DNA from: Eledone cirrhosa
Taxonomy: Eukaryota
Direction: 5' to 3'
NCBI GenBank assembly: GCA_964016885.1
Contig: OZ024740.1
Location: 338,706,001-338,770,000, forward strand
Length of the DNA stretch: 64,000 nucleotides
Position 1 is the first letter of the stretch, and each line of letters starts with the position of its first letter. The notes below the pieces were generated by a model. The model was not told the origin of the DNA and searched no databases. It saw nothing but the letters and a program-made list of their open reading frames with translations. Position numbers and translations under genes: made by a program. Below, piece by piece: positions 14,026-27,619 of the stretch.

Positions 14026-14529
14026 AGAATAAGAATGGAGGACATAAAATGTTGTGGTATGACCATGTTTTCAGGTTAAACGTGAAAACTAATATTTTTT
14101 TCCAACAACTCATATTTTCCCCCAAAACTTCAACCGAAATTGCATTAAAGCGTGTATTTTCTACATGTAACATCTTTCCTAGTTCCAAATGAAATTACAA
14201 CGGTAAAAGTCTCTTGTGTCTGCCTGCAACTGTGGCCATACGGAAAATTACCAGCGAAATCATATGTATATTGTGGTCAGATATATTTGAGCGACAGCTT
14301 GAGACGAAACTCTTACATTTGAAGGACTAGATATGATTTTAGAACTGCTATTTTCCAGTAGCGGTAATCATTGTTGGCCATAAAAGGATATCTACAATTC
14401 CTTCATTCAAACCTATTTGGTTTCTTCAGAAGAAAAGCCAGCAATATTCAATATCACTTCATTAGTCATGCTTCAAACTCTTTCCTAACTCCATGGAAGT
14501 TCCAGATCAAAGAGTTGATGTTAGCTAAT

Positions 14530-14711
14530 TCATCATCGTCAATATCATCATCGTCATTATCATCATCATCATCATCATCATCGTCATCATCATCATCATC
14601 GTCATCGTCATCATCATCATCATAATCCTCATCAACATCCTCCCCCTCCTCCACCTCCTCACCATCATCAACATCACCACCACCACAACCACCAATACCA
14701 CCAACACCACA
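14530..14711. repeat. (CAT)n/(CAC)n trinucleotide tract
   Basis: Directly visible. Confidence 0.95.
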
Positions 14712-15535
14712 ATTTAATGTCCCTTTTATTTGGACGAGTGAATGTTATCATGACATTAGCATTAGAGAAGATATAATGCCTTTAGCGCAATTGAAGGGTC
14801 ATCTCGGCCCTTTGTTTGACAAGTTTTTCGTGGCTGGATGCGATTCCTATCACCAAAGACTTTATAGATTGTACTCTATGAACATTATGTCCCAGGATAT
14901 TTACTGTTTAGAACTAAGAATTATTTTAGCATTATGTAAATCGTTGCAATGATGGTAATAACTTGCCAAACATATGGAAAAGAGGCATTGATACATAACT
15001 TGTAATCAATTTTGAATATTTTCCGCAAGATTATATACACACATACACACACACACAGACGCACATACATATATACATAAATAAATATATATACACACAC
15101 ACATATATATATATATGAGAGAGGTCGTAATGTTCTGACATAGCATGATTGATACGTAACTGAGGTTGTATATTCAATAATGTACAATATGTTCATGTAA
15201 ATAAACATTTTTTTAACCTTGATATGAATTTTAGAATTATTAATCCTGCTATATCAGAGTATTCCTACCACGCATTTTAGTTTTGTATGCAAATGCGATT
15301 CATCAGTTGATGCTCATAAGCCTAAATATTATAAGCTTTTAGTTTATTTTTGTCATCATCCAAGCGGAGTTAGCCCCTCTGAAGGCGGTTAATGAACCAG
15401 AAACAGCCATTAGGGTTCTCTTCGTTGGTTGTTACTGAGCAGAGGTGAAATCCACCACTTCTAAAATTCTTACCAAGGCTGTAAAAATGCTTATTTATAT
15501 CAACATTTCGTTTATTATTCAATATACAACCCAGC

Positions 15536-15600
<65 letters not shown>

Positions 15601-16237
15601 TAAAATAACAGATTAAAGTTTAAGCAAAGAATCGGTATGTGTGTGCGCTTGTTATATACGTATTTATTTATTTATTTATATACGTTTATATAATTATTTA
15701 TTTATTTGTATACACATATTTATATGTGCGTGGTTTTGTTTACCTATGGTAAGTTTTTGCGTATGCTTGTGTATGTACGTTTCTGTTTGCGTGTATGTAT
15801 TTATTTACTTCTATTACTTCTGTATTGTATTTATTTACTTTGTTCTTAACTCCGTAGCGGAGATTCATTCGGTCTCCTAGTTAGAATTTAGTCTACGACT
15901 TCTGCTATACCATTTACGTGGTTTTGTCTTTGCGTGCTATTGTTCTCCACGCTCCACATATGACGTATTATCTTCGTTTTTTTTCGTTCATCGCCAGAGA
16001 ACGTCTCTATGCACCACCTAAGAGAACATTAGTCTACGACCTCTATTATACCATAAACGTGGTTCTGTCTTTGCGCGTAATTGTTTTTTACCGCTCCTAT
16101 TAATGACGTATTATATTCGTTTTTTCCCGTTTTTAGCCAGCGAACGTTTCCACGAACCAAAGTATCGTCTTCCTGTCTTCCTCCGGTTGCAACGTTTTTT
16201 GAAATATCCACTTCTGCGTTTACAGATTGACTTTGTT

Positions 16238-16288
16238 AGTTTCACAAGATCCCGTTAAGGGTGAAAGCAGCGATTCTTTGCTTAAACT
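16238..16288 (+). ncRNA. Hammerhead-like motif (CAGAAGA family, degenerate copy)
   Basis: agttt CACAAGA tccc gttaa gggt GAAA gcag cgattct ttgc TT aaact. Confidence 0.5.
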
Positions 16289-16395
16289 TTAATCTGTTAT
16301 TTTAATAAATATTTGCTCTACGGTTCTTATATATTTAATATATATTTATCCTTATCGAGCCCTCTTTGGATTTTAGTCTTCAAATTTATTATTAT

Positions 16396-16487
<92 letters not shown>

Positions 16488-16687
16488 GTGAGGGGTTATT
16501 TTTTACAAAATAAAAAATAACCGAGGTGTCCTACACGAGTGAAATTATAAAGAAAAAAAGATGAAATCGAAAATGCAACTGGAGTCTTATTTAAAAAAAT
16601 ATATATATATTTATTTGGTTCCTTTACCGGTTTCGCAGTTCTTCTGCTTTTCAAAAATATAGTTGAGATGGAAGGTCTGTGGTTTTT

Positions 16688-16804
<117 letters not shown>

Positions 16805-16926
16805 TAGATAGTATGGTGAAATACTGGTGTTGGTACCAAACCAAGCACTCTATGCACAGGCAGGGTGTGTATTATAGAGAAAACGAGGAAGTTTCGTTTA
16901 CATATTAAATATATGTATTGCGCATC

Positions 16927-17018
16927 ACCAGTCTGAGGAGCAGATCGATACTGAAGTCGGATCCTTAACTCCTGTGGGTTACCTTGAGCCAATCCTTTGT
17001 GAAACACGCGTAACAGGT
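16927..17018 (+). ncRNA. Type I hammerhead with long stem II insert
   Basis: accagt CTGAGGA gcaga..tttgt GAAA cacgcg TA acaggt; flanked by ~30-bp inverted repeats (16873-16905 / 17040-17070). Confidence 0.7.
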
Positions 17019-17338
17019 CAATACGCAACAAATATTTCCATATGTAAATGAAACTTCTTCGTTTTTTATATTATATATATATATATATATAAGGAAGGAG
17101 GTGTGGTAAGAAAACATATGGACCATAACGCACCAGAGTACTCAATACTTAGGGTAGTAGAGTGGCTCGAGCTCTGCCGTCGGGGTCAAACATTTTCCTA
17201 GATATATATATATATACAGAGAGAGAGAGAGGGGGGGGGAAGATGTATATATATATAGTTAATAAATGAAACAACAAAACAATATATATATGTTTTGTTT
17301 TGCGAGGTTTTTGACATGAAATCGTGTGTTGAAACAAA

Positions 17339-17722
17339 TATTGTTATACTTGAGGAGAATCATATTGTTGTAATAATATTACCAAAAATTATAACAGAAC
17401 ACACTCGCTGTTTGGTTGGCTTTGGCTTCTGCATCTTTTGTATCACCATAGTTAATTCATTTGGCCATCAATGTTTATCACTGACTGACAAACGGTAAAA
17501 AATACAGATATAAATACATATATATAGTCTAACATTAGACTATATATAAGTATTCATATCTGTATATTTTACCGTTGGTCAGTCAGTGATAAACATTGAT
17601 GGCCAAATGAATTAACTATGGTGATACAAAAGATGCAGAAGCGAAAGCCAACCAAACAGTGAGTGTGTTCTGTTATTATTTCTGGCAATATTATTACAAT
17701 AATATGACCCTCCCCAAGAATA
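17339..17722. repeat. Fold-back palindrome of short element sharing the 3' end of the PLE at 1-760
   Basis: Centre atatagtcta aca ttagactatata (~17531); arms end in atgaccctccccaag(t/a)ata; another copy at 12060-12160. Confidence 0.85.
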
Positions 17723-18215
17723 TATATATATATATATATATACACGTGTGCGCATGTGTGTATAGATAAAAAAAAATAGAGAGTGAAATTGCTGTTTAAC
17801 AATAGTATATTCGCCTAATGCGGGTTTCGCTGAACAGACTCTAAATCTATGATGTAACCATGTGGCTAGACTCCAATACAATTAGCTCATCAAATTCTTG
17901 CACGAACATTTTTACATAATAGAGGATTTAGAGTCTGTTATATAGTTACAATTGACTCTGAGCTTTTCAAAACAGTGAAAGACGTATTATGCGAATAAAC
18001 GTCTATCAAACTGAAATTTCACTTTCTAATATTTAATACTAAAACCCTGTGGCATACGCTGATATCAATTGGATACAAGTATCACCTTCTATAGATGTAA
18101 ATACAACTCATTCGGAGTAAGCATGAAACAGCTTTCAGGGCTAAAAGCGGTAACGCCACCATTATTAGCATAAGTGAAATATATGTATGTATGTATGTAT
18201 GTATATATATATAAG

Positions 18216-19000
18216 AGAAATAGGATTTCGCTTCAAGCATAGCTTTATACAATATGTATAAATATTTCGTATCTCCAAAGAAATACGGTTTTAGGAAGCC
18301 GTAGCTATGCAAACACCGGGGGGCTAACGCCCTCTGGTGATGTCCAGCAGAAGCAAGGGGGATAACCGTCTGTGCATTTCAGGCTTAACTGGCCTTCGTC
18401 AGGACGGTCCCTCCCACCGCTTGCGACTGCTGGACTAGAAGACAGGCGAGAATATATACTTTTCTCGTCTGTGTAGATGAGGTGATTAATCTCATTTGCA
18501 TATGAAGCTGCATAAGTTCGCTCAACTTATAATAAAAAAAGAAATAGGATTTCGCTTCAAGCATAGCTTTATACAATATGTATAAATATTTCGTATCTCC
18601 AAAGAAATACCGTTTTAGGAAGCCGTAGCTATGCAAACACCGTATCTTTGGAGATACGAAATATGTATACATATTGTATAAAGCTATGCTTGAAGCGAAA
18701 TCCTATTTCTTTTTTATTATAAGTTGAGCGAACTTATGCAGCTTCATATGCAAATGAGATTAATCACCTCATTTACACAGACGAGAAATGTATATATTTT
18801 CGGCTGTCTTCTAGTCCAGCAGTCGCAAGCGGTGGGAGGGACCGTCCTGACGAAGGCCAGTTAAGCCTGAAATGCATAGACGGTTGTCCCCCTTGCTTCT
18901 GCTGGACATGACCAGAGGGCGTTAGCCCCCCCCCCCCGGTATTTGCATAGCTACGGCTTCCTAATACCGTATTTCTTTGGAGATACGAAATATTTATACA
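18216..19000. mobile_element. PLE-type 324-bp unit: partial tandem (-) plus inverted copy (+)
   Basis: 18216-18318 repeats at 18540-18642; 18644-19000 is the reverse complement of ~18257-18604. Confidence 0.85.
18841..18884 (+). ncRNA. Minimal type I hammerhead ribozyme (perfect core)
   Basis: accgtc CTGACGA aggc cagttaa gcct GAAA tgca TA gacggt; the mirror copy at 18365-18408 (-) has U16.1C. Confidence 0.92.
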
Positions 19001-19006
19001 CACACG

Positions 19007-19038
<32 letters not shown>

Positions 19039-19116
19039 AACAAGGTATCGTTTAAGGTAATACAAGTAGAGTTTATGAGTAATCTGTACTGTGGATGGTT
19101 CTAACGTTCACTCCTG

Positions 19117-19159
<43 letters not shown>

Positions 19160-19164
<5 letters not shown>

Positions 19165-19240
19165 CCACCCGTGGCCCGTTGGGTCACGTTCCCTTCAAAG
19201 TATTTTTTAAAAATCATGTTCACTTAAAAATAATGTTTAA
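19160..19240 (-). mobile_element. Helitron-like 3' end fragment
   Basis: Reverse complement matches 48520-48596 (hairpin plus CTAR end). Confidence 0.6.
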
Positions 19241-19356
19241 ATAATTAAAATATACACAGACATGTATATAACGTGAAATGAAACTGGTAGGCCAATATAT
19301 ATACGTGTGTGTGTGTATATATATATATATATGGAAAATCTGCTTCGTAGAATCAA

Positions 19357-19452
19357 GACCTATCTGAGGACCTTGCCATTTTCAGAGTCAGGTTCGATCA
19401 TCACATCGATCATGCCTGGAGCTGGGCACCAGAGAAACGATTGTAATATGTC
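19357..19452 (+). ncRNA. Type I hammerhead with long stem II insert
   Basis: gacctat CTGAGGA ccttgcc..ggcaccaga GAAA cgattg TA atatgtc. Confidence 0.68.
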
Positions 19453-19651
19453 CAATAAATTTCATTCGTCGCAACACTGATTCTCTTTTTTTCTGTGATA
19501 TATATATATATAACCAAAAGTTAAACAAGGTTCATTGATTAATCAATGAATATAGTTCTACAATAGATTAGAAGCACTCAACAAAAAGTTTTCTGGAGTT
19601 ATTAATATTAATTCAAAATATTAATAAATATAGACATTCACGTAATCAAAA

Positions 19652-19721
19652 TATATTTTATTATATATATTTCGGAGGTACTGTGCTGTTTTTTCAGTAT
19701 GTCCTCATCAGATAAAATATA
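19652..19721 (-). ncRNA. Type I hammerhead ribozyme
   Basis: Reverse complement: tatattttat CTGATGA ggacatactg..cagtacctcc GAAA tatata TA ataaaatata; 10-bp stem I. Confidence 0.88.
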
Positions 19722-20385
19722 TAAATTGATGTATGACATACCTCAACTGTGCTGATGGTTCAATTCCAGTCTTGGAATTGGATTATTACAACAATAATTA
19801 CAACAAAACTCAATATTTATATACCATAAGTACTAACATGACAAACTAAATATAATTGAGAGGGTTAGTAGGAGAATGTGTAGAAAAAAAAATACATAAA
19901 TAAAATAAATAACTTAGTAAATACATAAGTACATAAATGTTAAATATTTAAATATGTAAATATCCGTATTAGAGAAAAAAAAACAAATGAGAGAGAGGGA
20001 GCTAAATAGAAGAGAAAGGGAAAAGATAAGAGAAAGATAAGAGAAAACAAAGAGAGGGAGATAGAGATGGTAGAATATATAATTGCATAAGGAAAAGAAA
20101 GGAAGAAAAGAGGGACATGATGCGTGACCGTTCTTTTTCAAATATTAAGTTAGGTAGAAGCGATTAATTAAATACCGTGAAATTTTTAATCTATTGTATT
20201 TCATAGAAATTATACTATTATATTATATCAAAATTAAAACAATATACAATAATATAAAATAATATAAAATATTTTCAATGATAATCTGGAGCATAGATAA
20301 ATTAATAAATACATTCAATAATTTAGTAATAAAATTCAAAGTTAGAAACATTATTAACTAACAATGATACTTACAAATATAGTAA

Positions 20386-21322
20386 ACTAGCATTAAAGCC
20401 CGGCGTTGCTCGGGGTCAGTAAGTTACCAAAGTTAGGTTGCACCACCCATTTTATGGCAGCACTTTTTTGTCTGCCAGGCACTCGGTGAATGAATTGCAG
20501 ACCTGGACTGCCGAAGCAGGAGCTGCGCCAGCAGTGACAATTGTAGTTTCGCCTATGGATATTATCTCTGTGCAAAGAATTGTTGAAATTTATTGTTTCA
20601 CAGTACTTGCGCAACACGCGTGTAGACGATGCCAGCCGAACAACAGAGCTGCGATGGAGTTGTTCTGCATGGTTGTCTAATGTGTGTTTTCTAAATTTAA
20701 GACAGTAGGGAGGGGTGTGATATGGGGGAGAGTTAACTGTTGTTTCTAGCAGGTTTAGTGACCTCATAGAGGATATGTGTTTTCTAAATTTAAGACAGTA
20801 GGGTGTGATGTGATATGGGGGAGAGTTAGCTGCTGTTTCTAGCAGGTTTAGTGACCTCATAGAGGATATGTTTTCTAAATTTAAGACAGTAGGGAGGGGT
20901 GTGATATGGAGGAGAGTTAAGTTCTCTTTGTCATTGAAGTAAATAAATGTTTGACCGTTCCACACTCAAAAAGAAACGTTCTCTCTCTCTCTCCCTCTCC
21001 CTCTCTTATCTCTCTCTCTTCGGCGTTCCTAAAGGAAGTTTGTAAGCATGTATGTAGTTTTATCGAATTTGAAGGGGAGTAGAGAGAGGTAAGCAGATTC
21101 TATTAGAGGGGTAAAACATCATGTATTTAGTTTTATCGATTATTTCCATAATCGTGGGTGAATTTGAATGGAATAAATAGTCCTTGACCCAAGTTAGACC
21201 ATTTACAACATTCTCACAGACGTTGAGTCGAATCGGCTTGAAATTGTGCAAATGTATAAACATGGAACATGTACACACACACACACAACAACAACAATCT
21301 GCCTTTTATAGATAATAAGTAT
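20386..21322 (-). mobile_element. Non-autonomous Helitron-like element
   Basis: Reverse complement 3' end: cccgagcaacgccggg hairpin followed by CTAGT; internal ~92-bp tandem repeat 20680-20920; the same terminus recurs at ~29172-29200. Confidence 0.6.
20680..20920. repeat. ~92-bp tandem repeat, ~2.6 copies
   Basis: ttttctaaatttaagacagtaggg..gtgatatgg..gagagtta repeated three times. Confidence 0.9.
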
Positions 21323-21571
21323 GCTAGTATTTAACTTAATTTACTTGGATATTAGCATCTGTATATGCATTTTATATAATGTTTAGAAATATAAATATTA
21401 TTTCGACGGCTATTTCTATACTAGAAATTGCCGTCGAAACGGCTTGAGCTCTGCCGTCGGGGTCATGTCTTTCCTATTACCCACTCTACTATCTTAATTA
21501 TCGAGTACCCTGGAGCGTTATGGTCCATCTGGTTCCTTACCACAATTCCTTCGTTATATATATATGTGCGC

Positions 21572-21606
<35 letters not shown>

Positions 21607-22067
21607 TGTGTGTGTGTGTGTGTGTGCGCGCGCGCGTGTTCGTGTGTGTGTGTGTATATATATATATAAATTAGAATGGATGCAGTAAGAAACATTTAGA
21701 TCATAACTCACCAGAGTACTCGATACTTGGGATAGTTGAGTGGGTAATATGAAGGATTCGGGACCCCGATGGCTGAGCTCTTGCCGTTTCAACAGCTAGA
21801 TCCGATCTGTAAGCTGTTCGGATCTAGCTGTTGAAACGGTAGGATCGCAGCCGTCGGGTTCCCGAATCCTTCATATATATATATATATGCTGACTCTCCA
21901 TATTTCTTTTCAATGGCTGACAATACCTTACCGACGCCACTCGAATAAGGTAGTTATTTAACCCATAAATGGATCCCTAACAGGTACTACTACTCCGGGC
22001 CAGGGCAGACCTGGGAGTTAAGACAACTAAGGGGTAACTCCACATTCCCCACAACTCCTGAACTCCC

Positions 22068-22120
22068 GCTGGAGAGAACTCGTCCATGGATCTCGGGAAT
22101 TTTACCCGCCTTAGATATAT
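22068..22120 (+). mobile_element. ~50-bp 3' stub of the RTE-like LINE at 50160-51965
   Basis: gctggagagaact.gtccatggatct.gggaattttacccgcc.tagatatat matches 51919-51970. Confidence 0.85.
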
Positions 22121-22323
22121 GCAGAGGTTATATTTAATTTGTTGGGATTCAACAAGCTTAAAAATGTTTATAACTGATATAAAGCACTCAACCCATACGC
22201 AACCTCACCAGGAAAGTCTTGTCTGATGATCCCGTGAATACATAAGTGAAACTGCAGAGTAATATAGCTCATTAAAGAAATCATTATTATTAAATAAAGA
22301 AATCATTAATTAGCCATACTTAA

Positions 22324-22358
<35 letters not shown>

Positions 22359-22370
22359 ACACACACAGAG

Positions 22371-22508
<138 letters not shown>

Positions 22509-23346
22509 GGTGTTGAGTCCTCTGTTTCGACAAGCTACCCGTCTAGCTCAGTTCAAATGAAGATGTCCTTTCTTTTGTATTACACTGTAAACCTCTATCT
22601 ACTCTGCACCTAAAATTGTGGGTAGTCTTACTCTGACTTAAAGTTATCCCAGTTTTATACACACATGCACAGCCTTCACACCCACACCCACACTCACACA
22701 CATTTGAGTTGTACTTTTTTGGCAAGTTACTTGATCATAGACCAATGAGTTGAAACTGAAGCAATTATATTGAAAATATATATATATTCATTTATACTTA
22801 TATCCCTTACATAATTTTGCTTTACGATATTTTGTTGAGAATTTAAGGTGTTTACAATATAATAGAACTCATACATTAATCCAATAATTTTAGTGCCTAT
22901 TCACACGGAATATTCAAAGCATTTTACTCGGGCGATTCCATATTCTTCAGTTTTATGCATTTTATATTTTGCAGTTCACGCCTTTGCGTAATTTGCTCTT
23001 TTAATACATTTTAAACATGTCTTTAACTTGCTTTATTTACAATCTAATCCTATGCATGCTTTATTCTATAATTTTTATGGCTTTGCGTATTTTTCTGTGT
23101 TCATTTAATTGTGTAAGTTTATTGTTATTTGTTATTGTTATTATTTCCACTCATTACTCCATCCATTTACTCCATCCATTTACTCAAACTTCCACCCCAT
23201 TACTTAAACCTCATCTTGATATTTCCCTCTTATTGAATTCAGTTCAAATTAGTTGCTTCACTGAATGGTTTCTGAAGTTTTTCCTTCAACACTCAATTAA
23301 AACCTTCTGTCAATTTTGAATGTTTTCTGCATGGTTATGTACCCTC

Positions 23347-23392
<46 letters not shown>

Positions 23393-23662
23393 AGAGAGAG
23401 AGAGAGAGAGATTTTAAAAAGTCGAAGCCAGTGTTCTAGCATATGTACAAGTATTATATGCGTATTGCAATTGTTTCGATATCGACAAGCTCAGGGTACA
23501 ATCAAGGTGACGGGGTCCGACTCTTTTTCAATACTGGCTTCTATTCTTTTAAATCTACTTACACACTGCATACTACAGCCGTAACTCCGTAATACACCCC
23601 AAATGAAACGGAGCTCCTAACAGCATTGAGTGCTTCGAATGGCGCGCCACCTGTAAATGTTG

Positions 23663-23736
<74 letters not shown>

Positions 23737-23839
23737 TGCTGTTCTTCCTGTTTTATTCATAACTGTTATCAGAAGAACCGAAACAAGTAACTCACTTAGT
23801 CTTACATATTTGTGAAGGTTTCAGCTACAAATACCTATA

Positions 23840-24310
23840 TTATCATCATCATCATCATTATCATCATCATCATCATACTTTTTACACCCGTTCTTCCCCT
23901 TTTGCATGGGTTGGAGGGGTCCACTTCAGTACACATCTCTCCACTCACCACGTTCCTTTGTCATCTCCTCTGTGAGTTTCAGCAATTTAATATCAGCCCT
24001 TACTACTTCTGTACTCACCATTTCCGTGGTCTTCCTCTACTGCAGCTTCCTTTCACTGGGATTTTACGGCAGTTTGTCACCCAACGATCATCATCCATGC
24101 GTATTATATGTCCGAACCAACGCAGTCTGCTTTCATGTATACCATTTTGGATTCCTCTAAAGCCCAGAATCTCCCTCAGTTCATCCAGGCTCTGCTTTTC
24201 TCTAACATTTACATTGCACATCCAACGAAGCATCGCTGCTTAATTTTTTTCCAGCATACGCATGTCTTATGCAATCACTGCCTATGTTTCACTACCATGC
24301 AGCATCGCAA
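23840..24310 (-). mobile_element. RTE LINE 3' fragment with (GAT)n tail
   Basis: MLRWMCNV..RLRWFGHIIRM..SRGRPRKW; (atc)n tail at 23840-23876. Confidence 0.88.
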
Positions 24311-24758
24311 TTCGCTGAGTGGAGGCCTTATTAAAATGTGATCCAGTGACAACAACAACAACCAATGCACCAGTATATGCCAGAGAATACATGTGGTATA
24401 CTGCACTGAATGCGACAGATGCAAAGAGTCCTAGATTGGTAGTACAACTCGACCACTACACATCCGCATTAAAGTACACCTCAACACACACGCATCCTCA
24501 TTCAAAAAACACATTCACCAACAAAAACACAAGTCAGTATTGAAAACAGAGAGCGAAATCTTGACAACTTAAGAATAAAGGAAGCCTTGCGTATACATAA
24601 GATCAAACCCACAGATGAACAACAAGTTGGAACTCAGCACACTTTACATAAATGGTCAGACCCAAACGCAGCCGAAACACAATTAACGCAAGCAATTAGC
24701 TTCAGTTTGAATCTATGTATGGCAAATGACCTTATCCTCACCATAATCCTTCTCTATA

Positions 24759-24808
<50 letters not shown>

Positions 24809-24900
24809 GTCGTGGAGCACTGGAAGGTAATATCCGTAGTGGTAGAGCACTCAGTCCATGGGACGTGTTAGGTAGAAGTGGTTACAAAACAGTTAGTTCA

Positions 24901-24950
24901 CCATACCGAGAACACTTGTTTCACCTTAGCGGATCCTCAGCTCGTAATGG
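24901..24950 (-). ncRNA. Minimal hammerhead in PLE pLTR
   Basis: Reverse complement: ccattacgag CTGAGGA t cc gctaa gg t GAAA caagtg TT ctcggtatgg. Confidence 0.8.
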
Positions 24951-25105
24951 GCATGGTCATAGGAACAGGAAGGACAACCGTACGAACGCGCATGCGTAGA
25001 AACTCGGTCACCTCACACAGGCAATACTAGAATGTGTGCGAGAGGTGTAAGGGAGATAACTGCGAAAGTCCGAACATTTTTATTTGAAAATAAAATTACA
25101 AGGAA

Positions 25106-25603
25106 TCAGTCCGGAGCTTTGTAGTTATGCAATAGGTGTTTGGCGACGTGTGGACAACGTGTAAAAAGTTCATTTCTCGTGTTTAGGCAATCACTATTGC
25201 GTAATCTCTTTAGAATAGTTATTCGTTCGTCAATACATAAGCCACACGTCGGATTTCCCCTTGCGTATGTCTTGGACTTAGTGATGGCTTTCCATTGGAT
25301 GGAGTAGTCTATACATGAGTCCTTGAGGGACCATACGTGGCTCGCGAGTTTCGTGGATAGACGTCTGTCCGGGTACCTGAAGGTAGACTGGTGGTTCAGG
25401 AAACGTTCATTAAATCGGCCCTCCGCCATGCCCACATAGGATTTGACCTCCTGTGATTCGTTTGGACGGTTGGAAGTGACCACAGCTTCATAAATTACAG
25501 CTGGTGTGTTGCATTGCTGTTGAAGGGGGAAAGCTTCGGGTTTACGGCAAGAGCACGCTGGTGGGGTGTTGCTCCTAGGGCTTCTGGTGATATGGGCCTT
25601 CAT
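25106..25603 (-). pseudogene. GIY-YIG endonuclease domain of PLE
   Basis: VIY-YVG motif, conserved R/H/E/N and CxxC. Confidence 0.88.
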
Positions 25604-26131
25604 GTTCTTAGCGCAGGAGTATCCTAGTTTAACTTTTTGTCGGATAAATATGGAGCGGTATTTATGACCTATGGGAAAGTGTCTATCTAAGAGGGCTAGA
25701 CATTTTTTTCCTACATTGGTTTTAAGGTTTTAACGTTGAGTGAGAAGGGAGGAGAGATAGTTTGTCTATTGTTGCACTTACTTTTCTTAATGGAGTTGTT
25801 GCTAGTGGGAGAGTAGGTGATAGGTTGTGAGAAGCTGCTGTTAGCCAACGCCGTGTTATAGTAGGGTGCCGCCCTGTCAAAGATAGCCTTATTAGAAGAT
25901 AGGTTTGAGATTCTAGTACTGATATTCTTAACGGAGTTTCTAAAAACCAGGAGGCTGGCATGGGTCCTTGTGAATGTAATTGAGTTTCTCGTTTATCTTA
26001 TGGAAGGGTCTGTAGGTGTGTGTGCGAAGGTCTAAATTAATGTCTAAGAAATCTACGCTAGAGAGGTTGGTGGCTACTGTTATTCAAAGTCCTAACTCAT
26101 TGAAGGTAGAAGCTATATATATATGCGCCTT

Positions 26132-26165
<34 letters not shown>

Positions 26166-26169
<4 letters not shown>

Positions 26170-26390
26170 TTAGTAGTTAGAGCATTGGGCTTGCAATCGA
26201 AAGGTTGTGAGTTCAATTCTTGGACCGGGTGATGTGTTGTTTCCTTGTGCGAGACACTTATTTTACATTGCTCCAGTTTATTCAGCTGTAGAAATGAGTA
26301 CCAGCCTGCCCGCGCAGCCAGTAGGATGGCGTTATCTTATGGCTAAAACAGTACGACGTGCTGTGACCAGCGGCGCCGATTGGTCAAGTC
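26166..26390 (+). mobile_element. tRNA-derived SINE family B
   Basis: A-box tggcttagtagtt, B-box gagttcaattc; relatives at 43527-43815 (+) and 39816-40335 (-). Confidence 0.7.
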
Positions 26391-26622
26391 AAGGTGATCA
26401 AGGTGATATATATTATATATAAGGTAGAGATAAAATTTTGGCCGTTTGGACTGCTGCTATTTCTAGTGGCAGGACATTGACCTTTCTACCCTGCCTTTTG
26501 TCTTTGCACACGGCACCAGACAGAATTATTTCTTCCGTCATTCGGTCTCATTTCGGAATGGTTTTGTATGGCATCAGTTTGTGATTTGAACTCGGGAATT
26601 TTATATTCTCCGAGAGAGAAGA

Positions 26623-26704
26623 GCCCTCTGAAGATTGCTCCCTTCTCAATGAAAATCCGCTTGGATTTTCCGTTTATTCTGGAGCATGAAACCGCGGTAA
26701 AGGC
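26623..26704 (+). ncRNA. Type I hammerhead ribozyme
   Basis: gccct CTGAAGA t tgctcc..ggagca t GAAA ccgcgg TA aaggc; palindromic stem III. Confidence 0.82.
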
Positions 26705-26854
26705 ACATATAGTAAGTACTGCGAATTTAAAAAAAATTATTTAAAAACATTTTCTCTATTTGCTAGACCTTGATTATATATATATATCAAATCCTCAGGT
26801 ATATATAGATTGAAGAATAACATGGTCGACTGTACAACAAGGGGCTTTATTTCA

Positions 26855-26967
26855 AGTATTAACAATTGTCTCATTGATCAAGTGAGTCTAAAGGCCGCTA
26901 ATCACCTGAAGTTGCGTCACTCGACCTTAAATACAGTGTTTACCTCAGATCAAATCATCAGAATACT
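26855..26967 (-). ncRNA. Hammerhead (GAAA>GAGA) downstream of degenerate PLE
   Basis: Reverse complement: agtatt CTGATGA t ttgatc..gatcaa t GAGA caattg TT aatact. Confidence 0.7.
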
Positions 26968-27619
26968 AGAGAACTCATATATGGTATATATAGATACAGC
27001 GTAGAATCAAAACAATAACATCAACAGTAAAATATAATGATAAAGAGGTAAAGAAATTACAGATGTAAAAAGTGAAAAAAAAAATAAAATTAATAAAAAA
27101 TAAGTAAGAAAATATATAAGTACAGAATACGATAGTTGATAATAGTGGTGGTGATAAGTAAGTGTCTGTATAAGGATGTGGGGTGGAGGTAGTACTAACA
27201 CGAAAAGCAATATTAGATACATACATACGTAGTGGTTAAATGGTTAGAAGTAGAGAATAAGAGGCAGTAACAAATGACAGATAAAAGATAAAAAATTATA
27301 AATTAAAAATTAAGTGAGATATTCGAGGATGAGGCATAAGGGGTAGGGCTGAGGGTGGACGAGGAAGGGGTATTTTGATATGTGTGTGTGTGGTAAATGT
27401 TTAGCCTGCTGATTGTCTTATCTTAATGGGGTTGATGTGGCTTCAGGGAGAGAGAGAGTGAAATAAAGGTTAGGAGATTTATGACCTAGTGACCAGTCGG
27501 TCAGTTGACAGCTAATAACAGTGTGGTGGTATGTATTCCGTACATTAAAATCCGGGTGGTTTAGCTCGAATTTTGGGATTGCTGGGTCGAATCATGTTGG
27601 TTTGAAATTTGTGAACTTC

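Larger units (their letters stand above)
24800..26112 (-). mobile_element. Penelope-like element 3' part (RT C-terminus, GIY-YIG, pLTR), pseudogenised
   Basis: VDFLDINLDL..YRPFHK..NYIH (26050-25970); KVKLGYSC; AVIYEA..SYVG..ERFLNHQSTF..STKLASHVW..CGLCIDE..LNTRNE..C.H (25106-25603); hammerhead downstream. Confidence 0.92.

Noticed and set aside
14466-14654. Poly-Asp/poly-Ser ORFs
   Set aside because: (CAT)n trinucleotide tract, likely a retroelement tail.
26166-26230. tRNA gene
   Set aside because: A tRNA-like SINE head without a complete cloverleaf, continuing into a repeat body.
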